Positions 48,360-59,240 of a stretch of 64,000 nucleotides of DNA are shown piece after piece. A program made the position numbers and the translations under genes. This DNA is from an uncultured Clostridia bacterium (GTDB taxonomy: Bacteria > Bacillota > Clostridia > Christensenellales > CAG-917). The DNA is taken from contig CALVTS010000005.1 of the NCBI GenBank assembly GCA_944363035.1, forward strand, positions 12,016 through 76,015, given 5' to 3'. The notes under the pieces are model-generated. The model was not told where the DNA came from and did no database searches. It saw only the letters and a list, made by a program, of their open reading frames with translations. Position 1 is the first letter of the stretch. Each line of letters opens with the position of its first letter.

Positions 48360-49264
48360 TTTTGCCTCCCTAGAATTTTTCTTATGCGTGCCACATCTTT
48401 TTTGAGCGCGGCGGCAAGCGCCTCCGCCGAGGGGAAACGGCAGATGTCTCGTATCTTCTCGTGAAAACTCAATTTGATATCCTTGCCGTAGATGTCTCCC
48501 TCGAAATCCAGGATGAAAGTCTCCACCGAGGGTCGGTCGTCGCCGAAGGTCGGTTTAGTCCCGACGTTGGTACCGCCAGCCATGGTGACGCCGTCCACGG
48601 TGACGGTGGTGGCGTAAACCCCCGCCGCAGGCGCGAGCCTGGACTCGTCATAAGGGATGTTTGCGGTGGGAAAGCCGAAAGAATTCCCTCTCCCGTGCGC
48701 GTGTGCGACTTTGCCGAGCATAAAATACGGCTCCGAGAGCATCGCGTTCGCGCGCGCGACATCTCCTCTCTCTATTGCGGATTTTATCGCCGTGGAAGAT
48801 ATCTTCTCCCCGTTTGAGGTCAATATTGGCAAAATTTCCGTCTTGACGCGGGGAGAAAGAGCTTTTTTCAGGGTGTCGGCATTGCCTTCCGCACCCCTGC
48901 CGTAGGTGTGATCCTCCCCTGCCGTGACCGCGACAACGGGCAAAGACGAGGTGAGTATTTGCAAAAAGTCCTCTGCCGAAAGAGACGCGAAAGCCGCGTC
49001 GAAATCTGCGGCGATGACTCTCTCCACTCCTATGTCCGAAAGCGCTTCCAGCCTCTCTTCAAAAGTATAAAGCCTCTTTTGTTTGCCGAAGTACGTCCCC
49101 GGGTCGTTGCGGAAAGTGAACACCGCGCATTCCGCGCCCATGGATCCCGCAAGTTCTTTCGCGCGCGCGATGACAGCCGCGTGACCTTTGTGCACGCAGT
49201 CGAAAAACCCCAGCGCGACGGCGACGGGAGTATTGCTTTTTTCACCGAATCCGAGCACTTTCAT
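48356..49264 (-). CDS. ribF: Bifunctional riboflavin kinase / FAD synthetase
   Basis: GFFD.VHKGH, KISST.I, GFPTAN, NVG.KPTF, E.FILDF.GDIYG. Confidence 0.96.
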   Translation of the reverse strand: MKVLGFGEKSNTPVAVALGFFDCVHKGHAAVIARAKELAGSMGAECAVFTFRNDPGTYFGKQKRLYTFEERLEALSDIGVERVIAADFDAAFASLSAEDFLQILTSSLPVVAVTAGEDHTYGRGAEGNADTLKKALSPRVKTEILPILTSNGEKISSTAIKSAIERGDVARANAMLSEPYFMLGKVAHAHGRGNSFGFPTANIPYDESRLAPAAGVYATTVTVDGVTMAGGTNVGTKPTFGDDRPSVETFILDFEGDIYGKDIKLSFHEKIRDICRFPSAEALAAALKKDVARIRKILGRQK

Positions 49265-50151
49265 AATCTGACCCCGAGGCGCAGTCCGTCCTTTCCCGCA
49301 AGCCCGACTCCGAGAAGCCGATCGGGAGCGTACACGGTGCAATATTCTCCCTCTTTCACGCCTTTTTCTTTCAAAGGTATCCCGTTTGTTATCCTTTTTT
49401 CCTCCTCGCCGTCCACGGTGACGGAAGGAAAGCCTCCGAACGCATACTCTACGGGGAGGATATGCTCTTCGGGAGCGCGGCGGAACTCATCGATGTCCAC
49501 GGCGTCCTCTATCGCGAATACTCCCGAACGGGTGCGCCTCAACGCGCTCATATACCCTACCGTCCCCAGAGCTTCGGCGATGTCGCGGGCGAGCGCGCGG
49601 ATATACGTCCCTCCCCCGCACTCGACGTCGAACATGAATCTCCCTTTTTCTCCGCCCGTCAGACTCAACGAAACTATCCTTACCTTGCGCGCGGGAAGCG
49701 CGAGTTGCACTCCCTGCCTGGCATATGCGTAGGCGCGTTTTCCGTCCACGGACTTTGCCGAATAGGCGGGAGGCACCTGCTCGATGTCACCGACAAACCG
49801 CGCCAGCACGCTTTCTACCTCCTCTCTTTCGGGGATCCTGCCCGTCGCGGGGAGGAAAGCACCCGCGCGATCGAGAGTGTCCGTCGTCCGTCCGAAAACG
49901 AACTCTGCGGTATACCGTTTGGTTTTGAAAGCGAGCAGATCGAAAAGAGCCGTGGCTTTGCCGAGCGCGACGGGCAACACCCCCGTAGCCTGAGGGTCGA
50001 GAGTGCCGAGATGCCCCGCTTTCTGTTTGCCTCCGATGAGGCGGGAAAGCACGCCGCGCACTATGCACACGACGTCGGAAGAGGTCATATCCGGGGATTT
50101 GTCGATGTTGACGAATCCCGTCAGTGAATCCGGCGAATTGCGTCTCATCAC
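49261..50151 (-). CDS. truB: tRNA pseudouridine-55 synthase
   Basis: GHLGTLDP.ATGVL, QVPPAYSA, GTYIRALARD. Confidence 0.97.
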   Translation of the reverse strand: MMRRNSPDSLTGFVNIDKSPDMTSSDVVCIVRGVLSRLIGGKQKAGHLGTLDPQATGVLPVALGKATALFDLLAFKTKRYTAEFVFGRTTDTLDRAGAFLPATGRIPEREEVESVLARFVGDIEQVPPAYSAKSVDGKRAYAYARQGVQLALPARKVRIVSLSLTGGEKGRFMFDVECGGGTYIRALARDIAEALGTVGYMSALRRTRSGVFAIEDAVDIDEFRRAPEEHILPVEYAFGGFPSVTVDGEEEKRITNGIPLKEKGVKEGEYCTVYAPDRLLGVGLAGKDGLRLGVRL

Positions 50152-51101
50152 ATCCTGTCGCGGGCGGCTTTCAGAAGTTTGTCCACGACGTCCTCATAAA
50201 AACCGTTCATCCTGCATCCCGCAGCGCGGGAATGTCCACCGCCGCCGAACGCGGAAGCGATGTCGCAAGCGTCCGCGCTATCCTTGGTGCGGATGCTGAC
50301 CTTGAAACTCTTCTCTGCCGCTTCCGAGACTGCGAACGCGACCTCCACGCCGTCCACGTCTATGGCGGAGGCGATCATGCCTTCTGTGTCGGAAGGAGAA
50401 GTGCCCGTCTCTTCAAAATCCTTTTTCGTAAAGGTGAGGAGGGCTATTTTCCCGCCGTCGAAAAAGCGGCACTTGGAAAGCACCCGCGTTTTCAATGCGA
50501 AGACGGGAGGGGTGAGCCTGCGGTGCACTCTATATATGATGTCCGCCGCATCGATGCCGTAGCCCATGAGCTCGCGCGCTATCTCGTGAGTGCGCGCAGT
50601 CGTCGAGGGGTATTGGAAGCATCCCGAATCGGCGACTATCCCTCCGAAAAGCAGAGCCGCAACGCCTTTGTCCACCAGCCCCATGCCGTCCAGCAGGTCG
50701 AAAATTATCTCTGCGCAGGCGGAAGCGTCCGTCTCGGTGTGATCGATCTGAGCAAATGAGACGTGGGACTTGTGATGGTCTATCGACGCTCGCTTTTTCG
50801 CCGCGAGGAAACTCCGCCCCGCGCCGCCGAGCCGCGTGAGATCGCCGCAGTCTACGGCAAGAGCCGCTTCGTGCACCTTTTTGTCGGGAAGCAGGAACTC
50901 CTCCGCGCCCTCCATGAAGAGGTACTTCTCGGGCACTTCGCAGTCGCATATCGGGACCGCCGTCTTTCCGAGAAGTCTCAATGCGCGGCACATGGAAAGG
51001 GCGCAGGCGATGGTGTCTCCGTCCGGATTTGTGTGACAGTAGACGGCTACATCGTTTGCGCCTCTCAGCATATCGGCTATCTTTTGCAGTCTGTCCTTCA
51101 T
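50148..51101 (-). CDS. nrnA: DHH-family nanoRNase / pAp phosphatase
   Basis: H.NPDGD, IDHH, GGGGH..AAG; located between rbfA and truB. Confidence 0.92.
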   Translation of the reverse strand: MKDRLQKIADMLRGANDVAVYCHTNPDGDTIACALSMCRALRLLGKTAVPICDCEVPEKYLFMEGAEEFLLPDKKVHEAALAVDCGDLTRLGGAGRSFLAAKKRASIDHHKSHVSFAQIDHTETDASACAEIIFDLLDGMGLVDKGVAALLFGGIVADSGCFQYPSTTARTHEIARELMGYGIDAADIIYRVHRRLTPPVFALKTRVLSKCRFFDGGKIALLTFTKKDFEETGTSPSDTEGMIASAIDVDGVEVAFAVSEAAEKSFKVSIRTKDSADACDIASAFGGGGHSRAAGCRMNGFYEDVVDKLLKAARDRM

Positions 51102-51469
51102 TTTTCCTCGCCGTCGGCGGGCGGGATGTTGATGGTTTTGAGCAGCTTGTCTATCTTCATCCCGTAGTCCACGCTGGTATCGAGCTCGAAATTCAGCTCG
51201 GGGAGCAAGCGTATCTCCACAAGTTCTTTCAGTCTGTTGCGGATGAACCCTTTTGAGCGGCGCACGGTCTCGAGCGCGGCGAGCCTCTCCTCCTCGCTCC
51301 CCGCGTAGACGGAGAGATACACTTTCGCGAATTTGAGGTCGGGAGTGGTGCTGACCTTGGTCACTCCTATGATACCTTTCCCGAGACGGGGGTCCTTGAT
51401 GTCGTGCGCTATCACCGCAGAGATCTGCTTTTGCAACTCGGAATTTACGCGCTCGATCCTAATCTTCAT
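51098..51469 (-). CDS. rbfA: Ribosome-binding factor A
   Basis: IKDPRL, DLKFAKVY, GFIR, PELNF.LD.S. Confidence 0.96.
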   Translation of the reverse strand: MKIRIERVNSELQKQISAVIAHDIKDPRLGKGIIGVTKVSTTPDLKFAKVYLSVYAGSEEERLAALETVRRSKGFIRNRLKELVEIRLLPELNFELDTSVDYGMKIDKLLKTINIPPADGEEK

Positions 51470-54167
51470 TTATCTGCTCCATGACGAACGCCTCGATGAC
51501 GTCGCCCACTTTGATGTCCTGATAGTTCAGGAGCATGATGCCGCAGTCGAAGTTTTTCGCCATTTCCTTGACGTCGTCCTTGCCGTGGCGCAGAGACGCG
51601 ATCTCGGTCGTGACCTGCACCGCTCCGCTTCTGAGCAGACGGGCTTTTGCGCCGCGCAGGATCTTGCCGTCCGTGACGTGACAGCCCGCGATGATGCCGA
51701 CTCCAGTGATCTTGAACAGCTCTCTGACCTCCGCGCTCCCGAGGACGTTCTCGCGGAATTTGGGCTCCAAGAGACCTTTGACCGCTTTTTCGATGTCCTC
51801 GATGGCGTTGTAGATGATGTCGTAGAAGCGGATGTCGATGTGCTTCTGCGCCGCGAGCGCCTTGGCGTTGGCGTCGGGACGGACGTTGAAGCCGATGATG
51901 ATGGCTTTCGCCGTATCCGCAAGCGTGACGTCGCTCTCTTTTATCGCGCCCACCGCGCCGTGGATGATGTCGATGTCCACCTCCTCGTTGCCGAGCTTGG
52001 AAAGGGATTGCTTGACCGCTTCCAAAGAGCCCTGCACGTCCGCCTTTATGATGAGTTTGACGGATTTGAGCTCCCCTTTCTTGATCTTGTCGAAGAGGTC
52101 GTTGAGGGAGACCGAACCCGCTTCCTCGGCATTTGCGGCAAGTTTGAGACGGCGTTCCTCGGCAAGCTCTCTTGCGAATTTCTCATCTGCCACGACGTCG
52201 ATGATGTCGCCCGCTTCTGGCACTTCGTCCCAACCCGTGACCGAGACGGGGGTGGAGGGACCCGCCTTCTTGACCTTTCTGCCCTTGTCGTCCACCATTG
52301 CCCTTATCTTGCCCGTGGACGTGCCCGCGACCACATTGTCGCCGATGTGCAACGTGCCCGTCTGCACAAGTATGGTCGCCACTTTGCCCACGCCCTTATC
52401 CAGGCGCGCTTCGATGATGGTACCGCGCGCGGGACGGTCGGGATTGGCTTTGAGTTCGCGTATCTCCGCCATGATGAGGATGTTTTCAAGCAGACTTTCC
52501 ACGCCCTCGCCCGTCTTTGCCGAGACGCGCACCACGGGGGTCTCCCCGCCCCATTCCTCGGGCAGGAGATCGTAGTTGGTGAGCTGTTGCAACACCTGGT
52601 CGGGATTTGCGCCCTGCTTGTCTATCTTGTTTATCGCAACGATGATGGGCACTTCCGCCTGTCTCGCGTGATTGATGGCTTCCACCGTCTGGGGCATTAT
52701 GCCGTCGTCCGCCGCCACGACCAGCACCGCGACGTCCGTGACCTGCGCGCCTCTTGCGCGCATGGAGGTGAACGCCTCGTGACCGGGAGTGTCCAGGAAG
52801 GTGATGGGAGAACCTTTCAATGAGACGGTGTACGCGCCTATATGCTGGGTTATGCCGCCCGCTTCCCCGCCCGCGACGTTCGCCTTGCGGATGTAGTCGA
52901 GGAGGGAGGTCTTGCCGTGATCGACGTGTCCCATGATGGTGACCACGGGGGGACGGGGTCTGAGTTTGTCGGTGTCCTCGTCGTCAATGACAAGCTTTGC
53001 CGAGAGGGTCTCCTCCAGGGTTATCTCGGGTTTGAGTTCGAGAGTTATGGGCGCGTTTTTGGTGATCTCGCTCACAACGAGCTCCGCCGTGGCGAAATCC
53101 ACGCTCTCGTTTATGGTCTTGATGATGCCCAGCATGAACAGCGTCTTGATGAGCTCCGCAACGGGGATGCCCGTCTTTTCGCTGAGCACCTTGATGGGCA
53201 CGGGATCCGTCGTGATGACAGCGTGGTCGATGACTACGGACTGCCCTCCGCCGGAGGACTTGGATTTGGACTTGAACACGCGCACTCTCGCGTCTTCGTC
53301 ATCGAGCACCATCTTGCTGTCGTCAACGATATATCCCTTTTTGAGCAGGGCGCGCTTGTTCATGCTCCCCCTGTCGTCAAAGCGCTGACCGCCCGAGGAC
53401 TTGCTGCCCCCCTTATTCTTTTGAGTGGAGGGCTTCCCGGAGGGCATATTCGCCGCCTTTTGCAGATTGACGGAAAGAGGGGTCCTGCCCGCTCCGCCCT
53501 GCGACGGGAAGGGACGCGCGCCGGTCTGGGGTCTATCTCCCTGAGGACGCGGAGACCTTCCGCCCGTATATCCGCCGTCGAAAACTCTGGTCTTGATGTT
53601 GCTCTTGGGAGCGGGAGTGGGAGGCACGAATATCCTCCTCACTTCGCCGTTGGGGAGTATCTCCTCTTTTATCGAAGGATTGGCGGTGTCCACGATACGC
53701 CTCTCGGGCTTCGCGGGCTTCTCGGGAGCGGGCTTTTCGGCGGGCTCCTCTTTCTCCTTTTTCTCCTCCTTTGCGGGAGCGGGAGCTTCCTCACGGACGC
53801 TTTCGGTCTCGGGGACCTCGGGCGCGGGAGCTTCCTCAGCCTTTTCCTCCGCGACGTCCTCTTCCTCGGGAAGGGACGCTTCCTCCTCGGGAGCGGGCTT
53901 TTCGGGAAGGGATGCGGGGGAGGTCTCTTCGGCTTCGACGACGGGAGCCGTCGCCGCCTCTTCCTCCTCTCTGCGCTCCTCTTCCAGCCTCTTCGCCTCC
54001 TCCTCGGCGAAAAGGATATCGCGGCGGTTGCGCACCACCGTCATGAGAGTCGCCGCTTTACTCTTTTCCGCGGAAATGAGATCGAGCAGTCGGGCAAGTT
54101 TGCCCGTCTTGTACGCGCCGAGCTGTTTCACGGCGTCTTGGGTCGTTTCCTTTTTGATTTCGCTCAT
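51459..54167 (-). CDS. infB: Translation initiation factor IF-2
   Basis: [30 protein letters not shown]; ATG at 54167 after GAGGT. Confidence 0.98.
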   Translation of the reverse strand: MSEIKKETTQDAVKQLGAYKTGKLARLLDLISAEKSKAATLMTVVRNRRDILFAEEEAKRLEEERREEEEAATAPVVEAEETSPASLPEKPAPEEEASLPEEEDVAEEKAEEAPAPEVPETESVREEAPAPAKEEKKEKEEPAEKPAPEKPAKPERRIVDTANPSIKEEILPNGEVRRIFVPPTPAPKSNIKTRVFDGGYTGGRSPRPQGDRPQTGARPFPSQGGAGRTPLSVNLQKAANMPSGKPSTQKNKGGSKSSGGQRFDDRGSMNKRALLKKGYIVDDSKMVLDDEDARVRVFKSKSKSSGGGQSVVIDHAVITTDPVPIKVLSEKTGIPVAELIKTLFMLGIIKTINESVDFATAELVVSEITKNAPITLELKPEITLEETLSAKLVIDDEDTDKLRPRPPVVTIMGHVDHGKTSLLDYIRKANVAGGEAGGITQHIGAYTVSLKGSPITFLDTPGHEAFTSMRARGAQVTDVAVLVVAADDGIMPQTVEAINHARQAEVPIIVAINKIDKQGANPDQVLQQLTNYDLLPEEWGGETPVVRVSAKTGEGVESLLENILIMAEIRELKANPDRPARGTIIEARLDKGVGKVATILVQTGTLHIGDNVVAGTSTGKIRAMVDDKGRKVKKAGPSTPVSVTGWDEVPEAGDIIDVVADEKFARELAEERRLKLAANAEEAGSVSLNDLFDKIKKGELKSVKLIIKADVQGSLEAVKQSLSKLGNEEVDIDIIHGAVGAIKESDVTLADTAKAIIIGFNVRPDANAKALAAQKHIDIRFYDIIYNAIEDIEKAVKGLLEPKFRENVLGSAEVRELFKITGVGIIAGCHVTDGKILRGAKARLLRSGAVQVTTEIASLRHGKDDVKEMAKNFDCGIMLLNYQDIKVGDVIEAFVMEQINED

Positions 54168-54169
54168 TT

Positions 54170-54451
54170 CTACCTCGTAAGGTTTATGATCGCCGTCGCG
54201 AGGGATCTGTCGGTGACGGCAATGGCTTTCACGTTTTCGCGGTGCGTTGCTTTGACGAGGTCCGTGACCTCTATGCACGGCGCATTCCCGCATTGGGACG
54301 CAACATCCCTTTTGAACTTGTCCGATGCGGCGCTGTCCACCAGCACCACCAGCGCCTTGGAGCGCTTCTCGGCAATGCGTTCGGCGCCGTAGAGCACGGA
54401 GCCTTTCCTCTGGGCAAAGCCCACATATGCCGCTATCTCAGACGCGTTCAT
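54170..54451 (-). CDS. ylxQ: L7Ae-family RNA-binding protein (YlxQ)
   Basis: GFAQRKG...G; position between ylxR and infB. Confidence 0.8.
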   Translation of the reverse strand: MNASEIAAYVGFAQRKGSVLYGAERIAEKRSKALVVLVDSAASDKFKRDVASQCGNAPCIEVTDLVKATHRENVKAIAVTDRSLATAIINLTR

Positions 54452-54695
54452 ACAATTCCTTTATCACGCTCTCCGGGACGGCGCAACGGAATGCGGCGTT
54501 CAGAGCGCGCTTCTTCTCCGCGAGAGCGACGCAAGCCTCGCTCCTGTGCACCCAGGCTCCCCTGCCGTCCGCCTTGCCCGTCTCGTCCACGAATATCTCT
54601 CCGTCGGAGGACTTGCATATGCGGATCATTTCCGTCTTCGGCGCGTGGGCGCGGCAAGCCGCGCATCTGCGCACCCCGGGAGCATTGGACGCCAT
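54438..54695 (-). CDS. ylxR: YlxR / RnpM family protein
   Basis: RRCAAC..K.EMIRI..D.TGKADGRGAW. Confidence 0.92.
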   Translation of the reverse strand: MASNAPGVRRCAACRAHAPKTEMIRICKSSDGEIFVDETGKADGRGAWVHRSEACVALAEKKRALNAAFRCAVPESVIKELYERV

Positions 54696-54696
54696 G

Positions 54697-55779
54697 TCAC
54701 GCCTCTTCCTGCGCGGGCTCCGCGCCTTCTTCTGACTGCATCACGCCGGAATAGGACTTGACGTCTATCTTCCAACCGGTGAGTTTTGCGGCAAGACGCG
54801 CGTTCTGTCCGTTCCTGCCTATGGCGAGGCTGAGTTTTTCGTCCGGGACGACGACGCGCGCGGTCTTCTCCTCTTCGTTGATGGAGACCATGAGCACCTG
54901 CGCGGGGCTCAAAGCTCTCGCGATATATTCTATCGCGTCGGCGCACCACTCGATGACGTCCACTTTCTCACCCGCGAGCTCGCCCACCACGGCGTTGACT
55001 CTGACGCCCTTGTTGCCGATGCACGCGCCCACCGCGTCCACGTTGGGGTCCTCTGAATACACCGCGAGCTTGGTGCGGAAACCGCCCTCGCGCACTATGC
55101 TGACTATCTTCACCAAGCCCGCCTTTATCTCGGGGACTTCCAGCTCGAACAGCCTCTTCACAAAGCCCGCGGAGCTCCTGGACACGACCACTTGAGGACC
55201 GTTCCTCCCCTCGCGGATCTTCTTGATGAACACCTTGATGACATCGCCGACATTGTAGGTCTCGGTGGGGATCTGGTCGCTCTGCACCATCACGCCTTCC
55301 ATCTGGGAGCCCGTGATCTCCACGAATACGGTCGCGCCCTCTTTGCGTCTGACGATGGCGCTCAGGATCTCGCCCTGACGCTCCGTCATCTCGTTGCGGA
55401 CATACTCCTTTTTCGCGTCGTTGAGCTTCTGCACGATGACCTGCTTCGCGGTCTGCGCGGCTATGCGGGAAAAGTCCTTGGGGGTGATGTCCTCGATGAC
55501 GACGTCGCCCACTTTGTAGGTGGGCTTGATCTCGCGAGCCTCTTCGAGAGAGATCTGCTCATCGGGATCCTCCACCTCCTCGACCACTATCCTGTGCGCG
55601 TAGACGTTGACGGTCTGCCTCTCTTCGTTGAAGCGGACGGCGATGGGTTTGCTCTCGCCGTACTCTTTCTTGTAAGCGGACGCGATGCCGGATTCGAGCG
55701 CTTCGATGAGGACTTCTTTGGAGATTATCTTCTCTTTTGCGAACTCCTCGAGGGCCTGAAAGAATTCTTTGTTGACCAT
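54697..55779 (-). CDS. nusA: Transcription factor NusA
   Basis: RIAAQTAKQV, S1 and KH domains, LSLAIGRNGQNARLAAKLTGWKID. Confidence 0.98.
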   Translation of the reverse strand: MVNKEFFQALEEFAKEKIISKEVLIEALESGIASAYKKEYGESKPIAVRFNEERQTVNVYAHRIVVEEVEDPDEQISLEEAREIKPTYKVGDVVIEDITPKDFSRIAAQTAKQVIVQKLNDAKKEYVRNEMTERQGEILSAIVRRKEGATVFVEITGSQMEGVMVQSDQIPTETYNVGDVIKVFIKKIREGRNGPQVVVSRSSAGFVKRLFELEVPEIKAGLVKIVSIVREGGFRTKLAVYSEDPNVDAVGACIGNKGVRVNAVVGELAGEKVDVIEWCADAIEYIARALSPAQVLMVSINEEEKTARVVVPDEKLSLAIGRNGQNARLAAKLTGWKIDVKSYSGVMQSEEGAEPAQEEA

Positions 55780-55788
55780 TTTTTCCTC

Positions 55789-56274
55789 CTAAAACCCGAT
55801 GTACGGTTGCACCTTGGTTTTATTATTTCTGTTTATAGTTTTTTCTTTTTCGTATTTGCCGCCCGTCAGCAGAGTGAATGTGTCGGCGGTGTAGCCCGTG
55901 AGGGTGCCCCGCCATGTGCACTCGGGAGCGACGGCTTCTATTTCGGTGCCGAGCGCGCGCCTGAAATCGTCGTCCGTGACGATGGGACGATCCAGCCCCT
56001 GCGAGGAGACGTTGAGGATATACTCGTCGGGAAGGAGCTCCTCCGCGCCGTCCAGAGCGTCCGAAATGACGCCGTGCACCTTTTCGCAGTCGTCCAGAGT
56101 CACCTCGTCGGCGTGCCAGATGAAGACGGTGAGGTTGAACCTGCCGTATTCCTTGGTGTAGCGCACCTCGACTATCTCGTAGCCGCCGTCCAGCGAAGCC
56201 ACCGCGTCGGCTATCGTCCTCTCTATGTTTTCCCGCGCGGCGTCCGACAGCGCGGAACGGGCGTCTTTTGCCAT
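55789..56274 (-). CDS. rimP: Ribosome maturation factor RimP
   Basis: TLDDCE, Y.LNVSS.GLDRP; first gene of the nusA operon. Confidence 0.93.
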   Translation of the reverse strand: MAKDARSALSDAARENIERTIADAVASLDGGYEIVEVRYTKEYGRFNLTVFIWHADEVTLDDCEKVHGVISDALDGAEELLPDEYILNVSSQGLDRPIVTDDDFRRALGTEIEAVAPECTWRGTLTGYTADTFTLLTGGKYEKEKTINRNNKTKVQPYIGF

Positions 56275-56285
56275 ATGCTCTCCTT

Positions 56286-56314
56286 AAAACAAAGAGTGAG
56301 CGCAGGCTCACTCT
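56286..56314 (-). promoter_or_regulatory. rimP leader attenuator-like hairpin
   Basis: AGAGTGAGC-ctgc-GCTCACTCT-ttgtttt directly before the rimP RBS; resembles the conserved Firmicute rimP leader. Confidence 0.65.
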
Positions 56315-56518
56315 GAGTAGAATCTACTTAAAGCATATATAAAGTAACACACAATAAAGACGCACGCAAGCGTTTTTAGGTCATTTTTGCACAAATTTGC
56401 GCGAAAACCCGCTTTTCCCCCTAAAAAACCTGCCGCGCCGCTCTCTGAAAAGAGCTGAAAACGCTCCCTCACAAGGCGTTATCCCGTTTTCACCGCTTGA
56501 CCGAGCGCTCTCTCCTCT

Positions 56519-58105
56519 TCACATCCGCTCTGCGATGAGCCTCAGCACCTCCACCGTCGCAAAGACGTCCCCCATGGCTCTGTGCGCGTTGACGTGGGTG
56601 ATGTTGAACGCCTTGGACAACGCCTCCAACCCCGCGCGCCTCGCCTCCGGGATATATCGACGGGCGAGGATGAGGGTGTCCTCCAGCTCGTTGTCGAAAT
56701 TGTAGCCGTTTGCGGAGGCGTACTTGTTGAGGAGGGGGAAATCGTATCCCGAGATGTTGTGCCCAACGAGCACGGCTCCCCTGGTGAACTTGAAAAAGTC
56801 CGGCAAAACTTCCTTAAATGTGGGCATCCCACGCACCATATCGTCCGAGATGGAAGTCTTTTCCGCCACTTCATCGGGGATGTGACACTTGGGGTCCAGC
56901 AATGTGGTGAAAGTCTCGGTGATCTTCCCGTCCACGAGTTTCACGGCACCTATCTCTATGGGCTCTATCGTCGGGATATCCAATCCCGTGGCTTCGAAGT
57001 CAAAAACCACGAAAGTCTTGCCTTTGAAGTAGGCGGGAAGAGGCTTTTCGACGCCGTCGTCGAAGAGCGTCTTCTTGCCCTCGGGCTCCTTGAAGGGCTC
57101 GGGACGTATCACCGAATATCGCGCGGGCACGGGCTTTGACGCCGCCGCTTGCACGGAGTCGAAATCTATCTTTGCCCTGAACACCGCATTCAAAGCGAAA
57201 CTGAGAGCGCCGTTGTAGGAGGACACGCTCACCTTCCCCGTGCAGATGACCTCATCCTTTTCGGAAAGTGCGTCGAACGCGGGCGCGTCGTCAGTCCGCG
57301 GGAAACATACGCACTCTATCCTGCCCGTCGTATCGTCGAGGAAAAATCGGATGAGGGGGAGTTCTTCGGGCCCGTTTTTAGGGTCGTCGGGAGTATATTT
57401 TTTGTTCTTATAAGTGCGCTTTACGAGCCCCGTCAGCCTGCCGCAGAGCACGATGTTGTCCACCGCGCCCTTGACGTCGCCTATGTACGCGGGTTTTGAA
57501 GATATCCCCGCGATCTTACCTCTTGCGTATATCTTTTCCCCCGTCTCGGCAGTCATGAGCCTTGCCGAAGAGTCCGCGACCACCACGGTGGAATCCTGCT
57601 CGTATTCTCCCGTCGGGACGGGCGCGTTTTCGGTCTCTCTCAGCGTGAGCGAGATGTCCTGATTGAAATTGCCGTCCAAAAACTCTCTCAGCTCGCCTAC
57701 GGAATCGGAAGTGTTGAGCATCCTGACGAGCGCGGGCTCGAGGGAAATGGTCACACCTACGGTGTGTTCGTCCACAGAGACAGAGACGGACTCCTTGGCG
57801 AGCGCGCGGAACACCAAAGGATTGTGGGAGTTGAAATATTCCGAGACTTTGTTGCGCACCGTGCTCTCGTCGGCGTAAGTCCTGATATATTCGGCGTGCA
57901 CGTCTATCCCCGCAAAAACGGAGGACAAAGCGGCGTCCACCTTTGCTTTCTGCTCCTCCGAAAATGAGCGGGCGTCGTATGCCGAGATGAGAAAGCGCAC
58001 CGAAAGCACTCCGGTATCTCTGCGGTAAGCCGCCGACTTGAATTTCAGCATGGGGAACGCCCCCGCCGTCACCCTCTCGAACTCTTCGGTAAATCTGTTC
58101 TGCAC
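56519..58105 (-). CDS. PolC-derived protein: N-terminal domains, OB fold and DEDDh 3'-5' exonuclease, without PHP/polymerase domains
   Basis: GTG at 58105 after GGGAGG. OB-fold FFLDDTTGRIECVCF; ExoI VVFDFEATG, ExoII HN..YD, ExoIII HRAMGD. Syntenic polC position between ispG and rimP. Confidence 0.85.
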   Translation of the reverse strand: MQNRFTEEFERVTAGAFPMLKFKSAAYRRDTGVLSVRFLISAYDARSFSEEQKAKVDAALSSVFAGIDVHAEYIRTYADESTVRNKVSEYFNSHNPLVFRALAKESVSVSVDEHTVGVTISLEPALVRMLNTSDSVGELREFLDGNFNQDISLTLRETENAPVPTGEYEQDSTVVVADSSARLMTAETGEKIYARGKIAGISSKPAYIGDVKGAVDNIVLCGRLTGLVKRTYKNKKYTPDDPKNGPEELPLIRFFLDDTTGRIECVCFPRTDDAPAFDALSEKDEVICTGKVSVSSYNGALSFALNAVFRAKIDFDSVQAAASKPVPARYSVIRPEPFKEPEGKKTLFDDGVEKPLPAYFKGKTFVVFDFEATGLDIPTIEPIEIGAVKLVDGKITETFTTLLDPKCHIPDEVAEKTSISDDMVRGMPTFKEVLPDFFKFTRGAVLVGHNISGYDFPLLNKYASANGYNFDNELEDTLILARRYIPEARRAGLEALSKAFNITHVNAHRAMGDVFATVEVLRLIAERM

Positions 58106-58157
58106 CTGTCGCCTCCCGAGCGTCCTCCCGCAGGGGAGGAGCATACTACTCTCGATT

Positions 58158-59240
58158 TCAATGATTTTTAGAATACTCTGCTATGTGATCGTCCAACATC
58201 GCCATGAAATGCGGCATCAGCGTCTCGGTGGGCACGGTCGCAACGATCTCTCCGTTTCGCATGATGACGGACCTGTCTTTGCCGCCCGCGATGCCGAGAT
58301 CCGCGTGCTTCCCCTCGCCTATCCCGTTCAGCGGACACCCCATCACCGCCACTTTGAGAGGGAAACGTACGTGCGCCGTGGCGCGTTCCACCGCCCGCGC
58401 GAGCCCTTCCACGTCTATCTCGGTGCGCGCGCAGGTGGGACAGGACACCACTTCGACGCTGTCCTTTCTGAGCCCCAAAGTCCTCAAAAGAGTTTTTCCC
58501 GCCAACACTTCCTCGACGGGCGGAGCCGAAAGGGAGATCCTCACCGTGTCTCCTATCCCATCGCGAAGCAGGACGCCGATGCCGAGCGCGCTCTTCACCA
58601 GTCCGCTCCGCAGAGTGCCCGCCTCGGTGACTCCGAGGTGTAAAGGATAGTCGCACACCGCAGCCACTCTTCTGTTCGCTCTTATCATGGTGTTGACGTC
58701 CGACGCCTTTATCGCCAGCACGATATCCCTCATGCCGCAACTTTCAAACGCGTTCGCACATTCCAGCGCGCTCTCGGCAAGGGCTTCGCTCTCCTCTTTC
58801 CCTTCGAATTTGGGGTCGAGAGAGCCGCCGTTCACCCCCACGCGGACGGGCACGCCCGCATCCGCCATCCTTCGGGCAAGCTCCTTTATCTCTGCGAAAT
58901 CCCGCATATTGCCGGGATTCATGCGTATCTTCTTTGCTCCGTTGTCCAGCGCGAGGTGCGCCAGCTTATAACTGTAATGTATGTCGGCGATGAGAGGGAG
59001 CCCCGTGCGCCTCGCTATCTCGCCGAACGCGCGGGCGGAATCCTCGTCGGGGACCGCAAGACGTATGAGGTCGCATCCTGCGTCTTTTAGCTCCTCTATC
59101 TGTCTCACGCAACTTTCGACGTCCTTGGTGGACGCGTTGAGCATGGACTGCACGGTGACGGGAGAATCCCCGCCTATCCCTATCCTGCCCACGCGCACCT
59201 TGCGTGTGAGCCTCCGTTTTTGAATGTCAAGATCCTTCAT
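58158..59240 (-). CDS. ispG: HMBPP synthase
   Basis: VQSM, IADIH, RMNPGN, GVNGGSL, HLGVTEAG, SCPTCAR, VMGC..NG.GE. Confidence 0.97.
   Translation of the reverse strand: MKDLDIQKRRLTRKVRVGRIGIGGDSPVTVQSMLNASTKDVESCVRQIEELKDAGCDLIRLAVPDEDSARAFGEIARRTGLPLIADIHYSYKLAHLALDNGAKKIRMNPGNMRDFAEIKELARRMADAGVPVRVGVNGGSLDPKFEGKEESEALAESALECANAFESCGMRDIVLAIKASDVNTMIRANRRVAAVCDYPLHLGVTEAGTLRSGLVKSALGIGVLLRDGIGDTVRISLSAPPVEEVLAGKTLLRTLGLRKDSVEVVSCPTCARTEIDVEGLARAVERATAHVRFPLKVAVMGCPLNGIGEGKHADLGIAGGKDRSVIMRNGEIVATVPTETLMPHFMAMLDDHIAEYSKNH

Noticed and set aside
53400-54100. Low-complexity Glu/Pro/Ala repeat region
   Set aside because: Normal variable N-terminal extension of IF-2.
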